A stretch of DNA of 64,000 nucleotides, from NCBI GenBank assembly GCA_964447495.1, contig CAYUTF010000001.1:116400-180399 (forward strand). Reading direction: 5' to 3'. A model generated the notes under the pieces. It was not told where the DNA came from, searched no databases, and was given only the letters and a program-made list of their open reading frames with translations. A program made the translations under genes and the position numbers. The DNA comes from an uncultured archaeon. GTDB lineage: Archaea; Asgardarchaeota; Lokiarchaeia; Sigyniarchaeales; SOKP01. Shown piece after piece: positions 29,309 through 38,634 of this stretch (position 1 is the first letter of the stretch; every line of letters starts with the position of its first letter).

Positions 29309-32300
29309 GTTTCGCAAGTCAAAAATACAACATTTATTAAAAAATTAATCTTAGAAAACTTTTTATCCTTCCAAAGAGATGAAATTGATTTTTCAAACAA
29401 TTCCCAATTCGGATTTCCAAGATTAATTTTAATAATTGGACCAAATTGGTCTGGTAAAACATCGATATTTCAAGCAATTAAATTTGTTCTAGGAAGCAAT
29501 GAAAGAGATGAACGATATAAAAAATGGTCAGATTTTATTAGGAATGGTCAAGATCATGCGATGGTAGAAATCGAAATTCAAAATCAAGATGAATTAATAA
29601 ATATAAAAAGGTATGTTCTCAGAGATAAATCCCCCTATTTTGAAATCCAAAAGCATAAAGATTCAAAATTTAAGAAAGTACAAGCGAATACAGTTCAAAA
29701 AATTATAAGCGATTTGAAGTTTAATCCTGATAATCACTTTGCTTTTGTAAGTCAAGGTAAAATCGATAGTATTAAAAATTTAAAACCTTTTGAATTGAGC
29801 AATTTTTTAGAAGAGGGAATTGGGCTCAAAGGATTACGAGAAGAGATTTTAGAAGAAAAAATTTCAATAAATAATCTTAATCAAGATTTTCAATCAATTT
29901 CTACAAAAAAGAATGCTTTAAAACTTAATTTAGAGCTTCTCACACCAAAGTTAAGAAGACTTGAAGAAAAAAAAACACTTTTAGATCAAAAAAAAAACCT
30001 AAATGATGAGTTATTATGGGCAAATAAAGAAAACCTTCAAAAGAAGATTAAAAGTCTACGCATTGAAATTCATCAAATCGAGGATTTACTTAATTCAATA
30101 AATCATGAGTTGGAGAGTTATAAAAAAATAATAGATCGCAAAGAAGAAGAGATTAATGAGATCATAGAAAAAATAAATCAATTTTCAAAGAAATTGGGAG
30201 AATTAGAATATAAGAAAAAGGATTTCATAAATCAAATTCAAAATTGGCAACAAGAAAAAGTAGCATTTAAGCAAGAATTAGATAATATGGCAGAGATTAT
30301 CTCTCAAGAGAAAATTGAATTAGAAAAATATGTAAATAAGAAGGAACACATTAATAAAGAGATTAAAATACTTGATAATGAGAAAGTTTTACATTCTAAC
30401 CATATTGATGAACTTATTAAGGAACAAAAGAATCTAAGCATAAAGATAAACGAAAACAGAGATTTTTTAGAGAAGTATAACAAGTTAGTATTTGAAAAGG
30501 AGAAGCATTCTAGAAAAATTGAAGATATCCTGACGAGAAAAGAAGATATTAATCATGATATTGAAGACATCTTTCAGAGTTTACAAGACATTGATCATAA
30601 GCTAAAAAAAAATAAATGGTTTTTAGAAAATCCGTCTAAAGATTTGTTGAAACAATTAGATCAAGATTTAAAGAAATTTACAAGGAATGTTTTTGAGCTT
30701 GAGGGAAAAATAGAACAATTAAACTATAAAAAGTCTGAAAATTTAGAAAAATTCAAATTTCTTCAAAAATCCATTCAAGAGAGGCGTATTATACTACCTT
30801 CGAGTATCATTTTATTAAAAGAAGAAATAAAAAAGCGAGATTTGGATAGCAAAGTAAAAGGTCCGATCATTGAATATCTAAAATATGATGATACTCTAAG
30901 TTATGCTATCGAATCTGTATTAGGTGAAAGATTACTTTATAGTTTTGTAGTAAATGATTGGGATACTCTTAGTTTATTGAATCGCCTAAAAAATAAGTTT
31001 AATGCATATTGTAATATTTATATTACAAAAAAGCTCATAATTTCTTCTTATCCTCAGTTTTCTGCTGAGGGGCTTATTGGTTATTTGGTTGATTTAATTC
31101 ACATTATAAGTGAGGATATTGATATTAAAAAAGTGATTTATTCAAAAGTTAAAAACTGTGTTGTTGTCAATAACTACTATTCAGGCAAGGAACTTTATAC
31201 TAAAATGGATTATAAGGGCAAATGTGTGACATTGAAAGGAGAACAGATAGTCTCATACAAATATGTTTATGAAACACCGTATCTGAAAAAACTTAAAGGT
31301 TTTCTTAGTACTGGAACGCAGAAGGAACAAGTAAGAATTTTAGAAAGTGAGATTGAAGCTCTAAATGAAAAAATCAGTAATTTAAGGATCGATTTAACTC
31401 ATCTGGATAATTATCAAAAGGAATTATATAATAAAAAAGACTCGTTTAATGATTTACTTTATAATTTCAATCAAAAACAGCGCCTTACTACAAAAAAAAA
31501 TGAATTATACTCTTTATTATATTCATTAGAAAATGATCAAGAAAACTGTAAAAAAGAAATCACCAATTTGAATGATTTGATTAAAGATTTTAAGGCTCAG
31601 AGAGATCCTGAGTTTTTCAATTGGAATGAAAGATTAAAAGAAATTCCGATTCAAATAAATGATTTAAATGATAAATTAAAAATCATTGGCAAGAAATCAA
31701 ATGAAAATAGAGAAATTTTCGATGAACTAAATAAAAAAATTATTAATTTCCAAAATAAAATAATGCTTAAATCATCTGAATATGAAAACAAGCAAAGACA
31801 TTTTCGTAAAGCTGATAAAAAAGCGTTTTTAATTTATCAAAATTTAGAGCATGTTGAAGAAGAAATTCAAAATGTGGATAAGTCTGTTTTGGAACTGCAA
31901 GAAGTAAAAAAGAGATTTCAAGAAGAAAAATTTGATGTAGAAAAGAACACACTTCATTTTAAAATAAAATTTGAACAAGAAAATTTCAAACTAGATTCTC
32001 TAAATCAAGATTTAATTATTAAAAAGCAAAATTTAGAACGTGTTAACTCTGAAATTGATCCTTTATTTTCTTCTCTTGGAACACAAATTAGGCCGATTGA
32101 AGATATAGAGGGAGATTTAGAAAAAATTGAAAGAGATTTAATAAAATATATTGATATTGATGATACGATTTTAGTTGAAAAGGAAGAAATCCTTAATAAT
32201 TTAAATCAAATTAGTAAAAATCAAAATGATTTAGAAAGAGATATAAATGCCGCTATAGATGCTGAAAAAAAAATGGAACACACATATTATGATAAGTTTA

Positions 32301-32758
32301 GTGAAATATTGGTTGAATTACAAGAAAAGATAAATCATAAATTTAAAACTGCAAACATTAAGGCATATTGTTCACTCGAATTAATGGGCAATTTTGAAGA
32401 GCTAGGAATAAATATTAGAGCAGCAACGTCAAAAGACCAATTAAAATCATGTACTGCCTTAAGTGGGGGTCAGATTTCTATGATATCTATTTGTTTAATC
32501 CTTTCTTTGCAAGAAATTAAGCCTTCCCCATTATGTATGTTTGATGAAGCAGGAATGTTTTTAGATGATAAAAATTCAGAAGCTTCTTATCAGATGATTA
32601 AATCTACACTTGAACAAAATCCAATCCAATTATTCATGTTTTTACCCAAATCATCTAATCATTTGTTTCTATTAGCGGATAAATTAATAGGAGTCGCTAG
32701 AGTGGGAAAAAATGAAGTATCAACAATATTTAACCCAAAAATTATTAGGGGAGATTGA
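29309..32758 (+). CDS. smc: SMC protein, Smc5/6-like (start extended upstream of the ORF-track call)
   Basis: The in-frame upstream region encodes KLILENFLSF..IIGPNWSGKTS (Walker A). Also SQG Q-loop, coiled coils, hinge GPIIEY..AIESVLG..L..FVV..D, LSGGQ and MFDEA..LD. The start codon is uncertain: no ATG/GTG/TTG between the stop at 29282 and 29561. Confidence 0.88.
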   Translation, partial: VSQVKNTTFIKKLILENFLSFQRDEIDFSNNSQFGFPRLILIIGPNWSGKTSIFQAIKFVLGSNERDERYKKWSDFIRNGQDHAMVEIEIQNQDELINIKRYVLRDKSPYFEIQKHKDSKFKKVQANTVQKIISDLKFNPDNHFAFVSQGKIDSIKNLKPFELSNFLEEGIGLKGLREEILEEKISINNLNQDFQSISTKKNALKLNLELLTPKLRRLEEKKTLLDQKKNLNDELLWANKENLQKKIKSLRIEIHQIEDLLNSINHELESYKKIIDRKEEEINEIIEKINQFSKKLGELEYKKKDFINQIQNWQQEKVAFKQELDNMAEIISQEKIELEKYVNKKEHINKEIKILDNEKVLHSNHIDELIKEQKNLSIKINENRDFLEKYNKLVFEKEKHSRKIEDILTRKEDINHDIEDIFQSLQDIDHKLKKNKWFLENPSKDLLKQLDQDLKKFTRNVFELEGKIEQLNYKKSENLEKFKFLQKSIQERRIILPSSIILLKEEIKKRDLDSKVKGPIIEYLKYDDTLSYAIESVLGERLLYSFVVNDWDTLSLLNRLKNKFNAYCNIYITKKLIISSYPQFSAEGLIGYLVDLIHIISEDIDIKKVIYSKVKNCVVVNNYYSGKELYTKMDYKGKCVTLKGEQIVSYKYVYETPYLKKLKGFLSTGTQKEQVRILESEIEALNEKISNLRIDLTHLDNYQKELYNKKDSFNDLLYNFNQKQRLTTKKNELYSLLYSLENDQENCKKEITNLNDLIKDFKAQRDPEFFNWNERLKEIPIQINDLNDKLKIIGKKSNENREIFDELNKKIINFQNKIMLKSSEYENKQRHFRKADKKAFLIYQNLEHVEEEIQNVDKSVLELQEVKKRFQEEKFDVEKNTLHFKIKFEQENFKLDSLNQDLIIKKQNLERVNSEIDPLFSSLGTQIRPIEDIEGDLEKIERDLIKYIDIDDTILVEKEEILNNLNQISKNQNDLERDINAAIDAEKKMEHTYYDKFSEILVELQEKINHKFKTANIKAYCSLELMGNFEELGINIRAATSKDQLKSCTALSGGQISMISICLILSLQEIKPSPLCMFDEAGMFLDDKNSEASYQMIKSTLEQNPIQLFMFLPKSSNHLFLLADKLIGVARVGKNEVSTIFNPKIIRGD

Positions 32759-33409
32759 ATGCCAGATTCCATGATCTTACCAGAAGAGATTCATAATCAG
32801 CTAATTAAAGTAAAGGAAGATATCTTATCAGGTAAGATCTATTTATTAGAATTAGAATTAAACCCTATCTTTCAAAGCATCAAAGATTCAGTCAGTAAGA
32901 ACAACATTTTTCAATATTCTCAACTTTTCAAAGAAACTTACCTGATTTTAAATCAAAAGTTTGAAGAATTAAAAAGCCTGCTTATGAGGATGGATAATGA
33001 GCAGAAATTTATAAAATACTTAGAAACAAATCCTAAGGATTTAGAAATTGCGGTTTTATATGAAGGGTGTTGGAATGGCTCTCTACAGGTTGAATCCTTA
33101 TCATTTGAATATTTACAAATGAGTAGAAATAGATTATTAAATTTTCTTAAAGAACCAATAAATATAAAGGAGTTATCAAGATTAGATTTTAAGGATCAAT
33201 TTTTTTTAGAAATACCAAAACTAAAATTTACCGAAAAAATGAATGAATATCTCCAGACAATAATAGATAAGCTACCTTGTCAATTTGGAGATATTTTTGA
33301 AAATGAGAAAGATCAAATGTTATTATATGAACATTTTATTTTTCTTTTGCATCTTCTTCAATTAGGAAAGATTAAATATCAAAAAGAAACAAAAACATTA
33401 TATATATGA
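32759..33409 (+). CDS. Kleisin-like (ScpA/Nse4-like) SMC partner
   Basis: Abuts the smc stop. C-terminal FIFLLHLLQLGKI.YQ matches the kleisin C-terminal winged helix. Confidence 0.65.
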   Translation: MPDSMILPEEIHNQLIKVKEDILSGKIYLLELELNPIFQSIKDSVSKNNIFQYSQLFKETYLILNQKFEELKSLLMRMDNEQKFIKYLETNPKDLEIAVLYEGCWNGSLQVESLSFEYLQMSRNRLLNFLKEPINIKELSRLDFKDQFFLEIPKLKFTEKMNEYLQTIIDKLPCQFGDIFENEKDQMLLYEHFIFLLHLLQLGKIKYQKETKTLYI

Positions 33410-33412
33410 GGA

Positions 33413-33943
33413 GTGAATGATATGAATGAGCTTTCAATAATAATGCATTTATTAAGTAGACGTATTAATAAGCATCAGATTGGTGCAACAGAAGATGAGA
33501 TTTGCGAAATATTAAATATTTCTGGGAAAAATCAATCACTTTTATTTAACCAATTAATGATAAATCTATCAAAATACATTGAGATATTGGGGTTAATTAT
33601 AAAATTTAATTCAATCGATTCTCATTGGTTTATATCCTTTGAAGCTGAAATGTCTGATATAATAAAAGCTAATCCCTTTGAAAATAAGCCAAGGCTAGCA
33701 GCTACTTTGTTTTGTGTTATAATAAGTTGCATAACCAATTTTGGAAAAACCACAATTTCAGAAATAGTAAAATTAAGGAAAAAGAAGGGGATTCTTGTAG
33801 ATTTAAGAGAATTAGAAAATTATGGATATATTATATTAAATAAAGATTCTGGAGAAATAAAGCTTACACCCTTAATAGGATATCAATTAGATATAAATAA
33901 ATTATTTATAAATTTGGCTTTAAAATTAAGAGAAGAAAATTAG
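33413..33943 (+). CDS. Kite-like (ScpB/Nse1-Nse3-like) tandem winged-helix protein
   Basis: 176 aa, 3 nt after the kleisin-like gene. Two wHTH-like halves (L...YIEILGL.I and L..LE..GYI...IKLTP). Confidence 0.6.
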   Translation: MNDMNELSIIMHLLSRRINKHQIGATEDEICEILNISGKNQSLLFNQLMINLSKYIEILGLIIKFNSIDSHWFISFEAEMSDIIKANPFENKPRLAATLFCVIISCITNFGKTTISEIVKLRKKKGILVDLRELENYGYIILNKDSGEIKLTPLIGYQLDINKLFINLALKLREEN

Positions 33944-33964
33944 TTCATTTTAGAGTCTTCTAGA

Positions 33965-34600
33965 CTAATGGGTTGTAGTGACATTTAAAATCATTTCGGC
34001 GACACGATTATTATATTTCTCAACATCGATAAAGTTGTCAATAGTCTCACCACAAGTTACATATACATCGTTAATTTTAATCTTTCTTGCTGTGAAAAAA
34101 TCAATTATATCTTTTTTCATTGTTTCAAGCTTCTTCTCTCTGTCTCCGTCTAATAAATCAATTTTATTAATACATACATAAATCTTATCTGGGAAAAATC
34201 GTACATCATTAAAAAAGTCAAATTGTTCATTTAATTCACGGTCACAAGAAAAAATAGCGATTATCTGAGTTGCGATCCTACTTATAGTTATAATTCCCAT
34301 TTTCACTACGGCTCGCTTTCGATCTCCTCCCGGAGCGAAAATTGTATGAGCTTTGCCAGAGTCTACTTCTCGAAAAACTACTCTATTTGGATGGATAGTT
34401 TTAGTTTCTTTTTCATTAAGAGTATCATCTTTATTTCCTGAAGGTACTGTTGCCTCGCCTGAGAAATCCGTTTTTAGAACTGTACATTTTTTCCCACCTT
34501 CTACTTTTTCAATATCTCCTTTGCTCAAATACCTAACAAAAAGACGTAAAATAGAAGTTTTACCCGCTGATACATCTCCTAGGATTCCGATATTAACCAC
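33965..34600 (-). CDS. Small Ras-superfamily-like GTPase with an atypical G3 motif
   Basis: GDVSAGKTS (G1), NKID (G4), TCG (G5), and FAPGG in place of DxxG. Confidence 0.8.
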   Translation of the reverse strand: MVNIGILGDVSAGKTSILRLFVRYLSKGDIEKVEGGKKCTVLKTDFSGEATVPSGNKDDTLNEKETKTIHPNRVVFREVDSGKAHTIFAPGGDRKRAVVKMGIITISRIATQIIAIFSCDRELNEQFDFFNDVRFFPDKIYVCINKIDLLDGDREKKLETMKKDIIDFFTARKIKINDVYVTCGETIDNFIDVEKYNNRVAEMILNVTTTH

Positions 34601-35412
34601 TAAACTTCACCCTCCAATAATTTGTTAAGTAATAATTCATAATCTGGAATTAAAAACTGTTCCAAATATGCATTATTATGAGATTCAATTAGCGCAATTA
34701 ATACTTCTTTTAAGTTTTTAGCTTTCTCAGCATATTGAATTATATGTTCAGGTGACGGATCACTATTAAATTCTCTAACTTTTTCATCAAATCCAAATTT
34801 TGAACGATCAGGTAAGCTATTAAAGAAACCAAAAGCAGAATATCCTTGATATTGGAAAAATACAAAAAATCGTGTTTTGATAGATCTTATTATTTTTGTG
34901 AGATATGCTGAAGGATAAATTTCTCCTAATGTGAGTTCTTCATCTTGTTCGATTACAAAATATGGAGATATAGGAGAAACTTGGTTTCCATACATTTCCT
35001 TAGGAGGTAATGATATGAATGGAAGTTTTTCAGCTACAATTGTCCACAAATCTTCTCGTTTTTTATCCAATAAAATATCTTTTATTTCATCGTAAGCAAA
35101 ATAAAAATCAGATTGCAAAGCTAACAATGAACTTAGATACACTGATAAAGAGGCAAATGTGGCTTCCAATAATGGTCTTCTACCTTCATCGCTATCTGAA
35201 GGCTTAACAGCGCCTTTCCATGCTCTAAGCCCAGTATATACAAAACCTTTTATATCAAAGAAGCTTCCTGAAAGAAAGATAAAAGAAGGGATGAATCCTT
35301 GTTCCTTCGTAAGAAAATCTCGTGATTTATTAATCAAGACTTCTTCAAGATACTTATCATTGAATTTCGAATGAATAATAGGCATTATTAGCCATTTTTT
35401 CTCTTTTGGCAA
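34600..35412 (-). CDS. Hypothetical protein, translationally coupled to the GTPase
   Basis: 270-aa ORF whose TAG overlaps the GTPase GTG by 1 nt. Confidence 0.75.
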   Translation of the reverse strand: MPKEKKWLIMPIIHSKFNDKYLEEVLINKSRDFLTKEQGFIPSFIFLSGSFFDIKGFVYTGLRAWKGAVKPSDSDEGRRPLLEATFASLSVYLSSLLALQSDFYFAYDEIKDILLDKKREDLWTIVAEKLPFISLPPKEMYGNQVSPISPYFVIEQDEELTLGEIYPSAYLTKIIRSIKTRFFVFFQYQGYSAFGFFNSLPDRSKFGFDEKVREFNSDPSPEHIIQYAEKAKNLKEVLIALIESHNNAYLEQFLIPDYELLLNKLLEGEV

Positions 35413-35557
35413 AGTTATCTCACTTCACATGTTATTTAAGAATATAATAAAAATGCTGAATAATTAATTTTTTGCATTTTTATTAAACAATATGTTATAC
35501 CAATATATTTATTCCTATTAGATAAATAATTTTTAATTCCAATTTAAGTTTTGAAGA

Positions 35558-36196
35558 TTAATTGGAAATTTTTTCGCAAGCTAATAATTCTCGTATTTTT
35601 TCAGTAATTAAATCGTAATCATTTATTGAGTGCAAATTAGAAATGTGGATATATTCAATTTTATCCGTGTTCTTGAAGAAGCTATAACTCACACTTAAAT
35701 TTGGGTTATTTTCCTTTATCTTGATGAGAGCCCCTCTTAAAAAGAGATTTATAAAATTTTCAGACGTTTCTCTTATAGCCCTTATTTCAGGATTCATGAA
35801 CTTAATTTCTACTTTTTTAAAATCATACAAGTTGAGGATACAAAGAAGATCTTCTTCTTTTTGCTTTTCATCTGAAAATATCTTGCGTTTTATATTAGTT
35901 CCCTTGAATTTTTCTTCTGAGATATCTTCCTTAAAATAATCTTCAACAGAAATAGTTTCCTTTTTCACTAAATCGGAGTATAGTTTATCTGCACTAGAAA
36001 ACGATTTATTCGTTATTATTGAATTGAGATAATTTAAGATTGTATGAATTTCAGAAATTTCTGTTTGTAATTCTTCTAATTGGTCTTTTTTCTTATAATA
36101 AAGACTTTGGAGCATAGAAAGTATTTGAGTTAATTTTTCCGTTTCCGTTTCTTTATTGGTATGGTCCGAGGTCTTCATATATATTTTTAAAGACAT
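35558..36196 (-). CDS. Hypothetical protein with N-terminal coiled coil
   Basis: 212-aa ORF with a heptad pattern at about aa 18-60. Confidence 0.7.
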   Translation of the reverse strand: MSLKIYMKTSDHTNKETETEKLTQILSMLQSLYYKKKDQLEELQTEISEIHTILNYLNSIITNKSFSSADKLYSDLVKKETISVEDYFKEDISEEKFKGTNIKRKIFSDEKQKEEDLLCILNLYDFKKVEIKFMNPEIRAIRETSENFINLFLRGALIKIKENNPNLSVSYSFFKNTDKIEYIHISNLHSINDYDLITEKIRELLACEKISN

Positions 36197-36245
36197 TTAT
36201 TTTATTTATTTATTTAGTATTATTTGTATTAATCAATAATTTTTA

Positions 36246-37127
36246 ATGGAAAAAATCATGCATACAATGATTATAACACCTAAACCAAATGACAACGAAG
36301 TAAAGATTCTTGCAAAAGAATTTAATAACAGGGGGTATAGTGTTGAATATTTTATCCCTGAAAAAGTTAAGGTTACAGTAAATCTTAATTATTTTGGAAA
36401 CCTTTTTGAAACACTTGAACCTAAAGCAGCATTAGTAAGAGGTTTTGGCGCTGCTGCAACCCAGAAAATCTTTTTTAGACTCGATCTATTAAGTGCAATC
36501 GAAGAATATGGAATAACTCTTATTAATTCTAGGACTGCATTAGAAATTTCAAGTGATAAATTCTTAACATCTGTATACTTGGAAAGACATAATGTGCCTA
36601 CTCCAAAGACTGTCGTATGTGAAGATCCAGAAGAAGCCTTATCTTCATTTGCGGAACTTGGAAGTGATGTGGTGATAAAACCACTATATGGATCGAAAGG
36701 TATCGGTATCTCCCGCTTGAACGATAAAGGCTTAGCAGAAAATGTAATTTATACTTTAGCAGAATTAAATGAAATATTCTATCTACAAGAATTTATTGAT
36801 CATAATAACCGAGATATTCGCATTCTCGTTATAGGTGGTAGAGCTGTAGCGGGGATGTATAGAGTAAGTGATAATTGGAAAACAAACATTCATGCCGGAG
36901 CTCATATGGAACCAATAGAATTAACTAAAGAATTGAAAAATATTGCGATTAAAGCAGCTAAAGTCACAAAAACCGAAATTGCGGGTGTAGATATAATTGA
37001 AACGGAGGATGGATTAAAGGTGTTGGAAGTGAATTCTATACCTGGTTTTACAGCATTGCAAAAGGTAACTGATATTAATCTCGCTGCGGAAATAATTTCT
37101 TATTTTCTTAAAAATGCAAAATCATAA
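36246..37127 (+). CDS. RimK/LysX/MptN-family ATP-grasp alpha-L-glutamate ligase
   Basis: DKF, VIKP.YGS.G.G, YLQEF, DIR, W.TN..G, GVDI and EVNS.PG motifs. Confidence 0.9.
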   Translation: MEKIMHTMIITPKPNDNEVKILAKEFNNRGYSVEYFIPEKVKVTVNLNYFGNLFETLEPKAALVRGFGAAATQKIFFRLDLLSAIEEYGITLINSRTALEISSDKFLTSVYLERHNVPTPKTVVCEDPEEALSSFAELGSDVVIKPLYGSKGIGISRLNDKGLAENVIYTLAELNEIFYLQEFIDHNNRDIRILVIGGRAVAGMYRVSDNWKTNIHAGAHMEPIELTKELKNIAIKAAKVTKTEIAGVDIIETEDGLKVLEVNSIPGFTALQKVTDINLAAEIISYFLKNAKS

Positions 37128-37166
37128 AAAAAAGAGTAAAAAATTAATTATTCAGTAATGCTGAAA

Positions 37167-37514
37167 TCACAATTCTTCAATCAATCCAATTAAAGCAGCA
37201 ATAATTAGCAACACACATGCCCATATTCCTGCTAGAAATATCACTAATAATATTCCAAGAATGAACAACACTAGCCAATGAAAGGGAAATGGTTTATCTG
37301 GTTTAATCCCAACTAACAAGGTTAGTACAACAATAACTAGTCCAATAATTAAAGTTAAAAACCTTTCAAGAGGTATTATATTTGGTACAATTATAGGAAC
37401 AAAACCTAATCCTGCTAGAGAAGCAAAACCAGAAATTATCCAAACTAAACCAACTAATCCACCTAATATAGTTAAAAATTTCATAATTCCTTCATTTTTA
37501 TAATGTTTCGCCAT
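37167..37514 (-). CDS. Small membrane protein
   Basis: 115 aa with 3-4 hydrophobic helices. Confidence 0.7.
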   Translation of the reverse strand: MAKHYKNEGIMKFLTILGGLVGLVWIISGFASLAGLGFVPIIVPNIIPLERFLTLIIGLVIVVLTLLVGIKPDKPFPFHWLVLFILGILLVIFLAGIWACVLLIIAALIGLIEEL

Positions 37515-37698
37515 TTTAAATCAATCACCATGTATTTATTATTATTTATAAGATAATTAGGGATAAAAATATATAATATTTTAAAAAGAAGTATGTCATT
37601 TAAAAATAAATTTTGGTAAATGACACCTCATTATGTAATATTACAATAATATCCAGATATTTTCAATTTTTAAATAAAATCTATTCTGCAAGAATTAT

Positions 37699-37863
37699 GT
37701 GATAGAAGAAAAATTAACTAAATTTAGAGACGAATTACAAACTGCTAAAAATCTAATAAATAACAGATATGCAGATCGCGATTATTATAAAGAAATGATA
37801 TCTCACTTAGAAAAAATGATTAAATTTTATGAAAGACTAAAACTTTGGAAAGAATATATTTAA
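37699..37863 (+). CDS. Small hypothetical helical protein (54 aa; below the ORF-track cutoff)
   Basis: GTG..TAA ORF MIEEKLTKFRDELQTAKNLINNRYADRDYYKEMISHLEKMIKFYERLKLWKEYI fills an otherwise empty gap. Confidence 0.5.
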   Translation: MIEEKLTKFRDELQTAKNLINNRYADRDYYKEMISHLEKMIKFYERLKLWKEYI

Positions 37864-37886
37864 AAATTGAGTTCTTAAATTAGTTT

Positions 37887-38489
37887 TTAAAGATCAAATA
37901 AATTAAGGTTAAATTCGTATTTTAGTATGTTAAATATTTTATGCATTGGTAGACCCACAACATTTGAGGGAGAACCATTAATACTTTTTATAAAGATACT
38001 AGCTTTATCTTTAATTGAATAAGCTCCAGCTCTCCCTTCCCATTCGCCTGTATCAATATACTTTTGAATCTCATCATCAGATAGCTTCATAAAAGTAACT
38101 TTTGTTTGATCAAAATCTTTAAGAATTTTATCATTGTTATTTTGAGTTATTGCAATACCAGATATTAAATTATGAGTAGAATTGTTCAAAGTTTTTAATA
38201 TCTCAAATGCATGCTCTTTATTCGTTGCCTTTCCAATGATTTTTCCGTTATATTCTATGATCGTGTCAGCAGCAATCACAATGGCATTGTCACTTCTTTT
38301 CATTAATTTTTTTTTAGCTTTAAGTGCTTTAATTTCTGACAGTTTCATCACAAGTTCAAACGGATCTAAATTTTGATCTTTATACTCATCCTCATCAACA
38401 TTTGTAATTATTATTTCAACGGGGATTCTAATTTTTTCAAAGAGTTCTCTACGATCAACTGATCTTGAAGCGAGTATTATTTTTTTCAT
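37887..38489 (-). CDS. maf: Maf-family nucleoside triphosphate pyrophosphatase
   Basis: ILAS.S..RR, KA, AADT, GK, AGAY and NVVGLP motifs. Confidence 0.92.
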   Translation of the reverse strand: MKKIILASRSVDRRELFEKIRIPVEIIITNVDEDEYKDQNLDPFELVMKLSEIKALKAKKKLMKRSDNAIVIAADTIIEYNGKIIGKATNKEHAFEILKTLNNSTHNLISGIAITQNNNDKILKDFDQTKVTFMKLSDDEIQKYIDTGEWEGRAGAYSIKDKASIFIKSINGSPSNVVGLPMHKIFNILKYEFNLNLFDL

Positions 38490-38634
38490 ATTTTAAAACG
38501 AAATTGATTATTATTAAAATAATTATTAATAAGATGAAAATAATTGTAAATTTATCGGGAGAATAAAACTATTTTAATAAAGATTTTTAATTTAAATTAA
38601 TAGCATAAATTATACTAGGTTTCATTAGGAGAAA

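Noticed and set aside
27974-33943. Wadjet/MksBEFG anti-plasmid system
   Set aside because: No JetD/Toprim nuclease is nearby, and gene order and hinge motifs fit Smc5/6-like SMC-kleisin-kite better.
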